A stretch of 64,000 nucleotides of DNA from Candidatus Woesebacteria bacterium. Its GTDB lineage: Bacteria; Patescibacteriota; Saccharimonadia; Saccharimonadales; EFPC-124. The stretch is taken from contig JASFQB010000002.1 in NCBI GenBank assembly GCA_050115675.1, positions 132,376 through 196,375 on the forward strand, read 5' to 3'. Numbering within the stretch: position 1 is the first letter of the stretch; every line of letters starts with the position of its first letter. This document shows positions 36,833 through 46,630 of the stretch, piece by piece. The position numbers and the translations under genes are program-made. The notes beneath the pieces are model-generated. The model saw nothing but the letters and a program-made list of their open reading frames with translations, did not search any database and was not told the origin of the DNA.

Positions 36833-37778
36833 GGAAACAGGTGGTGGAACTACGGGCACTGCCTATCTTAATCCGTATAGCCTTGGTTTGGCGCCATATA
36901 ACTATATTCCATGGGAAGGCTCACTCACTGATTTTAAGAATGCTTCTGGAGTAAGTAACCAAGTGGCAGCGTTTATTATCAGCTCTGGCGGTTGTACGCC
37001 TGCCTGGGATGGTGATTCATCTTTGGGTCTGAGTAGTTCTAGGTCTAATACCATTGCAAGCGAGATATCTAATGTCAGAAACTCTGGTGGTGATGTTATG
37101 ATATCTTTGGGCGGTGCAAGCGGCAACGAGCTTGCCTACTCGTGCAGCAATGCTTCTCAGTTAAAACAAGCTTACATAAGTATTCTAGACAAATATGGCA
37201 TAGACAAGATCGACTTTGACATCGAGGGATCGAATGCTTCAAAAACTTCTGCAAACGCAACTCGTGCAGAGGTAGTTGCTGCTTTGCAACAAGAGCGAGA
37301 CCTAAAGGTTTGGGTGACATTGGCGGTTGAAACTGACGGCCTGACATCAGAAGGCCTTAGCGTAGTTAAACAAATGCGAGAAAAAGGTGTAGCCTTGTCT
37401 GGTATAAACATCATGGCGATGGACTATGGGACCAACACCAAGGATATGGGTGCTGCAGCGGTATCCGCGGCTAACAGTACATTTAGTCAGCTAAAATCAA
37501 TTTATCCAGAAAGTAGCGACTCAGACATCTGGAAAGCTATAGGCGTAACCGCGATGATAGGCATAAATGATACTGAGCCAGAAGCATTTACGCTTGCAAA
37601 TGCCAAGACACTCAAGGATTACGCGGTGCAAAAAGGCATAGGTATGCTTAGCTACTGGAACGTTGCTCGTGACGTGGCCTGTAGCGGCAATAAAGCAATT
37701 CTGAGCGACTCGTGCAGTGGTGTTACGCAAAGCAAATACGACTTTGCTAATGCACTAAACATCTCATCAATTAATTAG
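36591..37778 (+). CDS. GH18 chitinase-like glycoside hydrolase
   Basis: Catalytic DKIDFDIEG (DxxDxDxE). MISLGGASG, AMDYG and SYWNVARD fit the GH18 TIM-barrel strands. N-terminal 78 aa are identical to the GH46 protein. Confidence 0.8.
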   Translation: MNIIKRFLTYIRHNPLESAAALSVFVALVLGGIVFVASRAASFYAYADASQASVADGAEIVSDSSAIGGKAIQFASASIQPETGGGTTGTAYLNPYSLGLAPYNYIPWEGSLTDFKNASGVSNQVAAFIISSGGCTPAWDGDSSLGLSSSRSNTIASEISNVRNSGGDVMISLGGASGNELAYSCSNASQLKQAYISILDKYGIDKIDFDIEGSNASKTSANATRAEVVAALQQERDLKVWVTLAVETDGLTSEGLSVVKQMREKGVALSGINIMAMDYGTNTKDMGAAAVSAANSTFSQLKSIYPESSDSDIWKAIGVTAMIGINDTEPEAFTLANAKTLKDYAVQKGIGMLSYWNVARDVACSGNKAILSDSCSGVTQSKYDFANALNISSIN

Positions 37779-37803
37779 AATAAAATAGCTTTTTAGGTTT
37801 GAT

Positions 37804-39090
37804 ATGCAGGTTTTTAGAAGATTGGCTTTGTCAACGTTTTTAGCGATAGCTTTTGTGCTAATTAATCCTGGGCAAGTGCTAGCAACCAGCGGTGTAGCTT
37901 GGCCGGTTCAGGGCAATGTGTCGGCAATGTATGAAGAATCATGTAGCTCTTTATACACTCATGATAAAGGTGTAAAAATAGCTAGCAACTTAAAGGGTTT
38001 ACCCGTCTATGCTGCACAGGATGGACTTGTTACTGCTAGCGGGTATAGTTTGTTTTATGGCAGGTATATAATAATCAGCCATGCTAACGGCTGGTCTACA
38101 ATGTACGGAAACTTAGCTGATGTTTATCGTGGGTCTGGTGTAGTCACCCAGGCCGAATTAATCGCAACTACAGGTGTAAAACACCGAGGTAGTACCGAAG
38201 GTCTATTGTATTTTGAAGTCCGCAAAAACGGCATAGCGCAAAATTTTAATAAAGCTATGTCATGCGGGCAAACTATCTATGATCGCACGGCGATAAGATT
38301 TAATTTTGCTGATCTTTATGGTTTTCCTCCAGAATACGAAGAAGTCACAAACGGCGGCGGCACGCGCATAACCGGCAACAACGCATACCTTGACGTTTCG
38401 TCTACCGGCCAGGTTTACGCCTGGAACACTACCAACTTTGGCGGGTCGCCATATTCGTACAATGGCCGATTTGTGGATGCCAAAGTTACGCCAGGTGCTT
38501 TGGGCTACTGGTTGCTAACTTCTGCCGGCCAAGTCTTTACCTATGGTAACGCTCACCATTTTGGCGACGAGCCCCAGGGCTTTAGCGGCGAAATCGTCGC
38601 CATGGCAGCCCAACCAAACAGCCAGGGCTACGCCATGGTCAGCAGTCTTGGCCAAGTTTATACATATAATATGACCAATTACGGCGGATCGCCCACCACT
38701 AATATTGGCAAATTTGTAGACATCGAGCTAACGCCGGACGGCCAAGGTTACTGGCTACTAACTTCTGCGGGCGAAATATTCGCCTACGGCAACGCCCAAA
38801 ACTTTGGCGACCAGCCCAAATATTTCGTAAAAGCCATGGTGGCCATGTCGCTCACACCCAGCGGCAACGGCTATGTAATGGCTAGCAAAACCGGCGAGGT
38901 ATTTGCCTACGGCGACGCGCAAGTAGTGGGCACCCCGCCAACCGGCCACAGCGCCACATCAGAAATAACAGACATAAGCTACAGGCAAGACGGCTATCCA
39001 GGCTACCTAATGATAACCTCGGACGGTAAACATTACGGACATAACTATCCGTTTATCGATGACCCAACTGGGTTTAGTGGATTTTTTTAG
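37804..39090 (+). CDS. Secreted degenerate M23 (LytM-like) domain protein with six C-terminal ~40-aa propeller-like repeats
   Basis: M23 scaffold YTHDKGVKIA...PVYAAQDGLV...IIISHANGWSTMYGNL...GLLYFEVRKNG. The usual HxxxD Asp and the HxH histidines are substituted. Repeats follow GYWLLTSAG(Q/E)(V/I)F(T/A)YGNA..FGD. Confidence 0.65.
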   Translation: MQVFRRLALSTFLAIAFVLINPGQVLATSGVAWPVQGNVSAMYEESCSSLYTHDKGVKIASNLKGLPVYAAQDGLVTASGYSLFYGRYIIISHANGWSTMYGNLADVYRGSGVVTQAELIATTGVKHRGSTEGLLYFEVRKNGIAQNFNKAMSCGQTIYDRTAIRFNFADLYGFPPEYEEVTNGGGTRITGNNAYLDVSSTGQVYAWNTTNFGGSPYSYNGRFVDAKVTPGALGYWLLTSAGQVFTYGNAHHFGDEPQGFSGEIVAMAAQPNSQGYAMVSSLGQVYTYNMTNYGGSPTTNIGKFVDIELTPDGQGYWLLTSAGEIFAYGNAQNFGDQPKYFVKAMVAMSLTPSGNGYVMASKTGEVFAYGDAQVVGTPPTGHSATSEITDISYRQDGYPGYLMITSDGKHYGHNYPFIDDPTGFSGFF

Positions 39091-39160
39091 ACTACAAGTT
39101 AAATGCCGGTTCCGGAAGCTTTGTTGAAGTCCGAAACCGGCTGACTAACTCGAGCCTAGA

Positions 39161-39352
39161 TTATGCTTTTGCCGTGTTTTTTACGTTATCATGTCCGGCT
39201 GGGCATTTGCCCGTCCATCTGTACATGCCTATATTGGGCCCTGTACCTTCGATGCCAGCAAGACGCCACCTTCTTACAAATGCAGCGCATTGCGCGCATT
39301 TGGAGGCGCGCGGAGGGGTGGGTGGCTTATCGCCCATAGCTACTCCAAACAT
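39161..39352 (-). CDS. Possible small zinc-ribbon protein (63 aa)
   Basis: KCAQCAAF...GKCPAGH cysteine pairs. GC-rich patch with three mutually overlapping ORFs, so the strand choice is tentative. Confidence 0.3.
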   Translation of the reverse strand: MFGVAMGDKPPTPPRASKCAQCAAFVRRWRLAGIEGTGPNIGMYRWTGKCPAGHDNVKNTAKA

Positions 39353-39449
39353 CTAGACAACCATTATGCTACTTAATTTTAGCATTAATTTACGTTTTCG
39401 AGTATCAGTGAGGTATATTATGATCTATGCCTATGCTGCGTGTTGCAAA

Positions 39450-40049
39450 TTAGGCTCGTCGCCACCATCTTCTTTTTGTCTTTTTGCGTTTTAGGCTGCT
39501 CTGAAGGCTGCCTAGTACTGCTAACTTAGAATTTTGATCTTCTCCAAGCGGGTACGTCTTGCCGTTTACTGACATACTTATTATTGTATGCATTGAGCCA
39601 ATCCCCGCGGGGGTTGGCTGATACTCCTCTTGTGCTGTTATAGCTGCGGTTGCGAACTGTTCGTATGCTACGCAAATGCCAGGAGCGCATCTTAACCCCT
39701 TGGTTGTAAAAGCAATAGTGCCTACGTAAAAGTTGCGTGCAAGCGGCAGCCATGGGTTATCGTTGTAAAGACCTAAAATTCTCTCTCCTGGATCGAGCCT
39801 GTATACTGATCTTATTCGAGCTCGAGCTTTTTGAGGGATCATGCTTGGGTTTGGATAAAACTTACCTTCTTCTGAGTGTATTATCTCAAGACCCTTGCTT
39901 ACCAAACTTCCCATAAATGGCATAGCGAAATTACCCACGATCGCTACTGCTCTAAGCAGTGCGATGTCAAATGGATTACGAGTGGGGCGAATGTAGTAGC
40001 TGCGCAATATTTGTAGTACAATCTGTTCTACGTCAGCCTGCTTTGCCAT
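39450..40049 (-). CDS. Hypothetical protein (199 aa) with basic C-terminal tail
   Basis: ORF with GGAG-containing upstream region. No motif recognised. Ends KRKKTKRRWWRRA. Confidence 0.45.
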   Translation of the reverse strand: MAKQADVEQIVLQILRSYYIRPTRNPFDIALLRAVAIVGNFAMPFMGSLVSKGLEIIHSEEGKFYPNPSMIPQKARARIRSVYRLDPGERILGLYNDNPWLPLARNFYVGTIAFTTKGLRCAPGICVAYEQFATAAITAQEEYQPTPAGIGSMHTIISMSVNGKTYPLGEDQNSKLAVLGSLQSSLKRKKTKRRWWRRA

Positions 40050-40142
40050 GCGTCATACTCCATCCTAGGTGACTTGCAAACGTTTTGGCTATACAATAAG
40101 GTTAACTTTTTTGTGGGTTGCACGCAAGTTGTTTATTGGCTG

Positions 40143-41955
40143 CTAGGTAGTTAGATCGATTGCATGCTCCGTAGAGTCTTTGCCAAGGTTGCCTAAATCC
40201 TCGACATGCCTTAGTTGTTTACTCCATAATTTTGCATAAGTGCCATTTTTTGCTAGCAGTTCGTTGTGTGTGCCATCTTCTACGCACTTGCCTTTTTCTA
40301 TTACTATAATTCTGTCCATTTCTGACAGGGTGCTTAGGCGATGAGCGATTACGATTGCGGTTTTGCCTTTTAATATTCTAGAAAATGAGTCTTTAATAAT
40401 CTGCTCACTTTCGCTGTCTAGCGCGCTAGTAGCCTCGTCTAAAACTATAATTGGCGAGCGTTGCAAAACAGTTCTGGCTATTGCGATACGCTGCTTTTGG
40501 CCACCGCTAAGTTTAACGCCTCGTTCGCCAACAATGCTGTCCAATCCATTAGACAGTTGCAGGGTAAATTTTAGCGCGTGGGCGGCATTTAGCGCATCGC
40601 GCACTTCGTCATCTGTGGCGTCGGGGTTAGATAAAGTGACGTTGTCGCGAACGCTAGCATGAAACAGTAAGGGCTCCTGTGGAACGTAGCCTATTTGCTT
40701 GCGTAAATTAGCTTGTTTAAGGTCTTTAATATTAATTCCATCCAGTAAAATCTTGCCGCTGTCTACGTCGTTAAAGCGCAGCAGTAGTTTAGCTAAGGTG
40801 CTTTTGCCAGCGCCGCTTAAGCCCACGATGCTCACTTTTTGTTCTGCTGGTATATCTAAAGAAAAGTCTGTAAAAACTGGCTTTATATCTCTGTCTTTGT
40901 CGTAGGTGAACGTAATTTTGTCAAAGGTAATATTGCCGTGCGTATTTTTTAGAGTTTTTGGTTCGGCGGGGTCAGTGATGATGTTTTTTCTGTCTAAAAT
41001 TTCGAATGCTGGAATGATTTTATCGATTAGATCGTCGTGTTGGTCTAGGTCATCCGATAATGTATAGATACCCGCAAGAATTGTTGAAGTATATGTTACT
41101 ACCAGAACTGCGGCTGTAATGTCTATAAAGCCACCACTCATGCGACAAACGGTTAGCCACAGTAGTACCAAAAAGAATATTACAGTTATGACTTCGCGCA
41201 AAGCGATAAACTTAGCTTGCATGGTATAGCGTACAGCAAATGCATTTCCTTCTTGCTTTGAACCTTGCTTCACCTGTCTTGAGCACGTAGCTTCTTGAGC
41301 TGTAGCTTTTACCGCCAAAATATTAGATACAAAATCGGCCATGCGACCAGAATTGCGCTTGTAAATCTCACGGGATTTAGAGCGGTACGGTGTAATTGCG
41401 TGCGAGGCCCATATTAGATATATAGCTTGCGTTGTGCTAAGTACTAAGGCCACTAGCCCAAGCCATAAATCAAGATAAAATATTACGCACAGCGGAAAAA
41501 TAATGCTAAGAACTGTGTTTTAGGTAGCGATCGCGCAGAGTTCTCACGAATTGCACGCAGCTGTCTACGTATTGCCTAGTGGCGGTAGTTAAACAGCCAG
41601 ATAAATTCGAATGAAAGTAGTCTAAGTCGGCCGACATCAAATGCGAAAAGTAATTGCCAGTAATGTTGCGGTATGCTTTGTTTTCTCCAAGCATACCAAT
41701 ATACTTAATTAGAGGAGAGAGTGCGCCTAAGGTGAGTGAGAATCCAGCATAGATAAACACTGCTTTTTGGGCTTCGTCAAAATTGTTTTTAGAAAGACCG
41801 GTAATTATCAAGCTAATTGCAATTGGTAGGGCAATTAATTTGCACATACGGGCTGCGATTTGCATAGCAAAAGAAGCCTGCACCTGCCAGGATTGACCGT
41901 AGGTGTGCCACAAATGGCTATATACTAATTTGTATTTATCTGTACCTCGTAGCAC
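40143..41955 (-). pseudogene. ABC exporter (fused TMD-NBD, MsbA-like) with a frameshift at a homopolymer
   Basis: NBD motifs GLSGAGKST (Walker A), LSGGQKQR (signature), IIVLDEATS (Walker B). The TMD is split between ORFs 41506..41955 and 40143..41453. The frame continues (VLSIIFPLCVIFYLDLW) after a shift at the A4 run (T-run 41517-41520 on +). Confidence 0.75.
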
Positions 41956-42063
41956 TTAGTCTATTCTACCACTACGCATTTTGTTATCCTAATGTATTTA
42001 GCGTGCAGCTGGACACGCTTTACGCTAAAGGTTATCATTTAGTTATTAATAAGGAATATAAAC

Positions 42064-42708
42064 ATGGAACCACAAGAACCAATGACTCAACCTGTCATGC
42101 AACAACCGCAACCTAAGGGCAAAGGGGTTTGCGTACTGGTTTCTGCTATTATAGCCGTTTTGTTGGCTGGAGCCGCAGCTGGGGGTATGTATTATTACAT
42201 GGATCAACAGGCTAAGGACACCAAAGCTACTACAGATAGTCAGATCCAGGGCTTACAACAAGAGGTTGCAGACCTTAAAGAAGCTGCGAATTGGCAGACA
42301 TATACAAACTCTACTTATGGTTTTTCGTTTAAGTATCCAACTGGCTGGACTGTTGCCGAAAAAGCAGCCAGTTATGGCGATGCGCGTGAGTACGAAATAT
42401 CTTTTGATGATGAAGGTTATTACGTGACGGTGTTTGGCATGGGTGATCAAACTGCAGATGCGTTTGTTTCGAGTTATTATGGTGGCGTCGAGGCTGGGCC
42501 TTCGGATATCGAGGACGTTACCATTAACGACAACGCGGTTGTAAAATTCTTTATGCAACAGCCTAGTGTTAGTGATGAGACTGTAGGTGGTACAAATTAC
42601 TTCTTTAGTAAAAATGAGACTGGCGTAGATATCAGCAATAGCATGAAAGCCAAGGGTGCAGACGACGCAACTTTAACTGGCATTGTTGATAGTTTTACAT
42701 TTAACTAG
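42064..42708 (+). CDS. Membrane-anchored extracytoplasmic protein, unknown function
   Basis: Q/P-rich N-terminus, one TM (VCVLVSAIIAVLLAGAAAGG), then a ~140-aa globular domain. Confidence 0.5.
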   Translation: MEPQEPMTQPVMQQPQPKGKGVCVLVSAIIAVLLAGAAAGGMYYYMDQQAKDTKATTDSQIQGLQQEVADLKEAANWQTYTNSTYGFSFKYPTGWTVAEKAASYGDAREYEISFDDEGYYVTVFGMGDQTADAFVSSYYGGVEAGPSDIEDVTINDNAVVKFFMQQPSVSDETVGGTNYFFSKNETGVDISNSMKAKGADDATLTGIVDSFTFN

Positions 42709-42728
42709 CTGGTATTGGGTCAAAAATA

Positions 42729-42775
42729 ATAAGACGGCGTAGACACATGTACGCCGTCTTATGTTATTGTTTTAT
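42729..42775 (+). terminator. Rho-independent terminator
   Basis: ataagacggcgta-gacacatg-tacgccgtcttat (13-bp stem) followed by gttattgttttat. Confidence 0.75.
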
Positions 42776-42818
42776 CCGGTGTCATGTTGTTTTACTACGT
42801 ATTATGTAGTAATATCAT

Positions 42819-43193
42819 ATGGAAATGACACAAATTCGTAAACGTGATGAAATAAATGACTTTGCTAAGTTGATCACTGATTGGCGGTCAATGGCTATTG
42901 TTCATGCAGTATATGAGCATGACTCGCTGCGCTACGCAAGTCTCGATAGGTTATTAGGATTTAGTCCAACCGTGCTTAGCCAAAAACTTGCAAAACTAGC
43001 AGAATCTGGAATAATCGTCAGGCGCAAAATCGAAGGCGCAAAAGAGGTATTATATTTGCCAACAGACCTCGCAAAGGACGTTGTTTGCGCCTATCACATA
43101 CTAGAGGGCGTAAGTGTAAAGCTTGCCAATGCGCATGACGCTGCCGTTGACGTGTCTGTTTGTAGGATTGATGACGAAAGAGGAGTAAAGTAA
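42819..43193 (+). CDS. Winged-helix transcriptional regulator (HxlR/MarR-like)
   Basis: WRSMAIVHAVYEHDSLRYASLDRLLGFSPTVLSQKLAKLAESGIIVRR fits an HxlR-type wHTH. Its stop is immediately followed by the zupT start. Confidence 0.55.
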   Translation: MEMTQIRKRDEINDFAKLITDWRSMAIVHAVYEHDSLRYASLDRLLGFSPTVLSQKLAKLAESGIIVRRKIEGAKEVLYLPTDLAKDVVCAYHILEGVSVKLANAHDAAVDVSVCRIDDERGVK

Positions 43194-44002
43194 TGCTTTT
43201 AGCTTTTTTATTAACGCTGCTCGCGGGGCTATCTACCGTAATTGGCGGACTAATTGGTGTGCACAAAAGTTTACTTAAGTGTAAGTCTCTTGCTGTAGCG
43301 CTTGGTTTTTCGGCAGGGGCAATGATTTATGTTTCGTTTATGGATTTATTGCCAGAAGGGCAGTTGTCTTTAGAGTCAGCGTTTGGCGAATATACAATGT
43401 GGATTGTAGGAGTTGCTTTTATTTCAGGACTGTTGGCAATTAGTCTCTTGGACAAATTTATTCCACACGAGCCAAATATCTGCGAGGTTGAACAAGCTTT
43501 AGAGGGTAAGAATAAAGTAACCGCTTATAGATATAAAAAATTGCTTCGAAGTGGTATTGTTGTTGCCATTGCTTTGGCCTTGCATAACTTTCCAGAGGGC
43601 ATCGCAACATTTGCTGGCGCAATGCACGATGCATCCTTGGGTGTATCTATAGCTATTGCAATAGCACTGCATAATATACCAGAGGGCGTGGCTGTCGCCG
43701 CTCCAATTTATGCCGCAACAAAAAATAGAGCAAAGGCAGTTGGATACGCTGCACTTTCGGGATTGGCGGAGCCACTAGGGGCAGTGGCGGGCTATGCTCT
43801 TCTTTCTTGGTTGTTGCCAGATGGCGCAATTGGTTTAATATTTTGTTCTGTTGCAGGTATGATGGTGTATGTTAGTATTAACGAGCTTTTGCCCGCAGCA
43901 AAAGACTACGAAACTAGTCGTCATCAGTCTGCAGTTGGCTTTATAGCAGGGTGTTCCGTAATGCTAATAAGTCTTAATTTGCTAGCAGCAAGCAGTGCCT
44001 AG
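43193..44002 (+). CDS. zupT: ZIP-family zinc transporter ZupT
   Basis: ALHNFPEGIATF and ALHNIPEGVAVAAPIY signature pair, 8 TM, length typical of ZupT. Confidence 0.85.
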   Translation: MLLAFLLTLLAGLSTVIGGLIGVHKSLLKCKSLAVALGFSAGAMIYVSFMDLLPEGQLSLESAFGEYTMWIVGVAFISGLLAISLLDKFIPHEPNICEVEQALEGKNKVTAYRYKKLLRSGIVVAIALALHNFPEGIATFAGAMHDASLGVSIAIAIALHNIPEGVAVAAPIYAATKNRAKAVGYAALSGLAEPLGAVAGYALLSWLLPDGAIGLIFCSVAGMMVYVSINELLPAAKDYETSRHQSAVGFIAGCSVMLISLNLLAASSA

Positions 44003-44329
44003 TACGAGTCTTGAGTAAAATTTAATATCGATATTGCAACAAAATATAAAGTATGTTCGCGCTGGGCTCTAGGTAAGGTTTGTTGCCCTGATCTTTATCA
44101 ACCACAACGTGTCAAAGCCAGCAGCACTTCAGTGCAAATTGGATTCGCTCATGACTGGGGAATCCTGCGTCACTTGCGCGCTGTACGGCTCTGAAGCTCT
44201 CGGCGTAGTATCAAATTTTATTTGCCTTTAGCTTATTGAAGGTGTTTTTATCTCATCCATTATCTAGACGTGTATATCTATATATTGGGCGCTTATTATT
44301 GTGGCGTTGGGATGGTTATATAAGCTTAA

Positions 44330-44358
44330 AAACAAAACCCCGCGAATTGACGCGGGGT
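44330..44358 (-). terminator. Rho-independent terminator of the 44410..44715 gene
   Basis: Minus strand reads accccgcg-tcaatt-cgcggggt followed by tttgttttt. Confidence 0.65.
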
Positions 44359-44409
44359 CCTCTGACCTGAGTCAGGACGCTAGAATGGCTAGCGATTTTT
44401 TTTATTGTA

Positions 44410-44715
44410 TCATTGCTCGTTCGGGCTCATGCAGAAAGGTGTGAACATGATGAAGATCACGTATCCCGCACCAAGCCACCCCCACGGCCAGCACGCCACC
44501 TCGAGATTATAGTTGAGAATGGCGTTGAGGCCAAGGATGACTGCGGCCATCCAGGCCGTCACACTTGCGAAGTTGCGTGCGCGCGACAGTTGTTTTGAGC
44601 AGACGTGCGCGGCTGCAAACGCAAGTGCAAGACACACGATGGCAAGAAGCAGGTCGATGTACCAAGGTGTAGAAGGCAGCACTGAGACTCCTGTTGCATG
44701 GAATGTAAAGAACAA
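44410..44715 (-). CDS. Small membrane protein (101 aa, 3 TM), GC-richer than flanks
   Basis: Hydrophobic helices. Competing ORFs on both strands indicate local GC enrichment. This frame was chosen for TM periodicity and the terminator. Confidence 0.4.
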   Translation of the reverse strand: MFFTFHATGVSVLPSTPWYIDLLLAIVCLALAFAAAHVCSKQLSRARNFASVTAWMAAVILGLNAILNYNLEVACWPWGWLGAGYVIFIMFTPFCMSPNEQ

Positions 44716-44823
44716 TGTTTATTAAAGTATAACATATGCTAAGTAATTTGTCAACATCATTACAATTAAACATTGCCGTATTTTTTTGGTGCAAAGTAGT
44801 AGATATATGCTTACAATATAGTC

Positions 44824-45732
44824 ATGGACTATTTAGCGTTAGCTTTGGGCTTGGTTCTGCTGTCGGTTGGTGCCAACTACTTCGTTGATTACGCTGTAGG
44901 TCTGGCAAAATACTTGCGAATACAAACCGTTGTGTTTGGTGCAATAATTGTGGCTATCGGCACATCTTTGCCAGAGCTGATAATCACAATAGGGTCTGCG
45001 TTTAGTAATAATCCTGAGATTATCGTGGGTGATATCATGGGCTCAAATATTGCTAATGTTGGACTTGTGTTGGGCTTGGCATTGTTGTTGGGTAAAATTT
45101 CTCCAACTCATGACAAGCTAGATAGTAAAAATGTTCTACTTATAGTTGTGACATTAGTTTTTGTAGGGCTGCTTTTGCTTAGGCTCTTATTTTGGCCAAT
45201 TGGCGTGTTGCTTTTAGGTTTGTCGGGCTTTTTGATTTTGGGGCTGGCAAAAGAGCGCGATATGTCTATGCAAACTCCTGACATTAAGACAAAGAATGTA
45301 ATTATAAATTGGAGTGTGCTGATTTCTTGTCTGATAGGTGTAATTGTTGGATCTCAAATAACCATTGATTCTTCATTGGCAATTGCAAAAACGCTAGACA
45401 TATCAGTTGGGGTGGTTGCAGCTACGATAATTGCTATTGGCACATCACTGCCAGAGCTTGTAATAACTTTAATGGCCATAAGGCGCAAAGAACATGGCTT
45501 AGCGGTTGGTAATGTAATTGGAAGCAACCTATTTAACCTTGTATTGATTGGGGGTGTAGGGGCGACTATGTCTAATCTAAGTGTTGAGGTTTCTTTGCGG
45601 ATGGTGGTGTTTTTCTTGTCGTTTGCTTTAGTTCTTTATATGTTGGCAAGTGGGCGCTTAAAGCCTAATCGCTTCTATGGAATAGCGCTTTTGGTGTCAT
45701 ATATAATTTACGTTGTGCTAGAGTATGTATAA
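44824..45732 (+). CDS. Ca2+/Na+ antiporter family (CaCA, YrbG-like) transporter
   Basis: Two alpha-repeats, GTSLPELIITIGSA and GTSLPELVITLMA, each followed by G(S)N(I/L)(A/F)N. Confidence 0.8.
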   Translation: MDYLALALGLVLLSVGANYFVDYAVGLAKYLRIQTVVFGAIIVAIGTSLPELIITIGSAFSNNPEIIVGDIMGSNIANVGLVLGLALLLGKISPTHDKLDSKNVLLIVVTLVFVGLLLLRLLFWPIGVLLLGLSGFLILGLAKERDMSMQTPDIKTKNVIINWSVLISCLIGVIVGSQITIDSSLAIAKTLDISVGVVAATIIAIGTSLPELVITLMAIRRKEHGLAVGNVIGSNLFNLVLIGGVGATMSNLSVEVSLRMVVFFLSFALVLYMLASGRLKPNRFYGIALLVSYIIYVVLEYV

Positions 45733-45866
45733 TAAAAAGCGGAGTCAAGATTGACTTCGCAAAAAGCTATATTGTGCCCATAGAAAACGTCATTAAAATT
45801 GCAAAGAATACCAAAAAATACACTGGCGTTTCAATCGTTAGTGTGACCGATGGTCTCAATTATAAA

Positions 45867-45900
45867 CGAAAACCCCGGGCCTGTGTAGAGGCCCGGGGGT
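45867..45900 (-). terminator. Rho-independent terminator of the GC-rich gene
   Basis: Minus strand reads cccccgggcc-tctacaca-ggcccgggg followed by ttttcgttt. Confidence 0.7.
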
Positions 45901-45907
45901 AGTACAT

Positions 45908-46630
45908 TTACACGTGGATCTTGCGACTCAGGCGCACCTCGTCAAGGGGTGCACCGTAGCGGGTTGCGTCAAGCGCGACGTGTAGGCGCCGCCGTTTGGC
46001 GCGGTGATACTTGCCACGGCGAGACCTGCTAGGCTCGCAGCAGCTACAACCACGGTTGCCACCGTGGGCTCCGTCCGAGGCTTCCCAGACGCAACGTTTG
46101 CGATCGGGGGACATCCAGGGGTTCCCGGGAAGCTTGTGGTTGTACTTGGGGTTGGTCGAGTGGTAGTCGCAGGGCGCCTGAATACGCCTACGAGTTGTCA
46201 CATCGCGCTCGCCAATCACGCTGCTACGCGTAAACTCGTCGCCCGGATCGGGCAGAGTCTTGACGGCAAGGTAGTTGCTGATTCGCAGCTTAAGCGTGCG
46301 GAGTGCCCTTGCGAGTTCCGGAGAAGTCTCCAGAGTGTCGTTGTAGCGAGTGCGACGGAAACGTCCGAAGTATGCTGCGTAAACGAGCTCCTCGCTAGGA
46401 ATCACTTCGCCAAAAAGCTGCGAGTAGAATTCCCTGGCTTGCGGCGCGTATGGCCTGGTGTGGCATTCGCAGCAGCCGGCAAACTCATCGAGCAAATCGC
46501 CCCACGTGACGGGGCGTCGCTCGGTGTGAGTGACGTACACCCAGTGGTCGTGGCGCACCTTCCCGGCACGGCGACCCGTGGGGTCGCTGATCTGCAGGGA
46601 GTAGGGGCGGGTCTTGTCAGTGCGACTCAA
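45908..46630 (-). CDS. Cys/His/Arg-rich hypothetical protein in a strongly GC-rich foreign segment
   Basis: MSRTDKTRPYSLQ... with CCECH, CDYH and CSCCEP clusters. Spot count of 46021-46080 gives 40/60 G+C versus 12/60 for 46681-46740. A full-length antisense shadow ORF (46004..46645) is typical of high-GC DNA. The N-terminal TDKTRP motif recalls actinobacterial or actinophage proteins (from memory, unverified). Confidence 0.55.
   Translation of the reverse strand: MSRTDKTRPYSLQISDPTGRRAGKVRHDHWVYVTHTERRPVTWGDLLDEFAGCCECHTRPYAPQAREFYSQLFGEVIPSEELVYAAYFGRFRRTRYNDTLETSPELARALRTLKLRISNYLAVKTLPDPGDEFTRSSVIGERDVTTRRRIQAPCDYHSTNPKYNHKLPGNPWMSPDRKRCVWEASDGAHGGNRGCSCCEPSRSRRGKYHRAKRRRLHVALDATRYGAPLDEVRLSRKIHV

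Noticed and set aside
39174-39376. Plus-strand ORFs 39174..39356 and 39191..39376
   Set aside because: They overlap each other and the minus-strand zinc-ribbon candidate in a GC-rich patch. Neither has cysteine pairs or a start context, and even the minus-strand call is kept at low confidence.
19762-41955. Programmed ribosomal frameshifting in msrB, the DUF3068 gene or the ABC exporter
   Set aside because: No slippery heptamer plus downstream structure was recognisable at the shift sites. The shift in the ABC gene sits at a simple A4 run. Indel error or decay is the simpler explanation.
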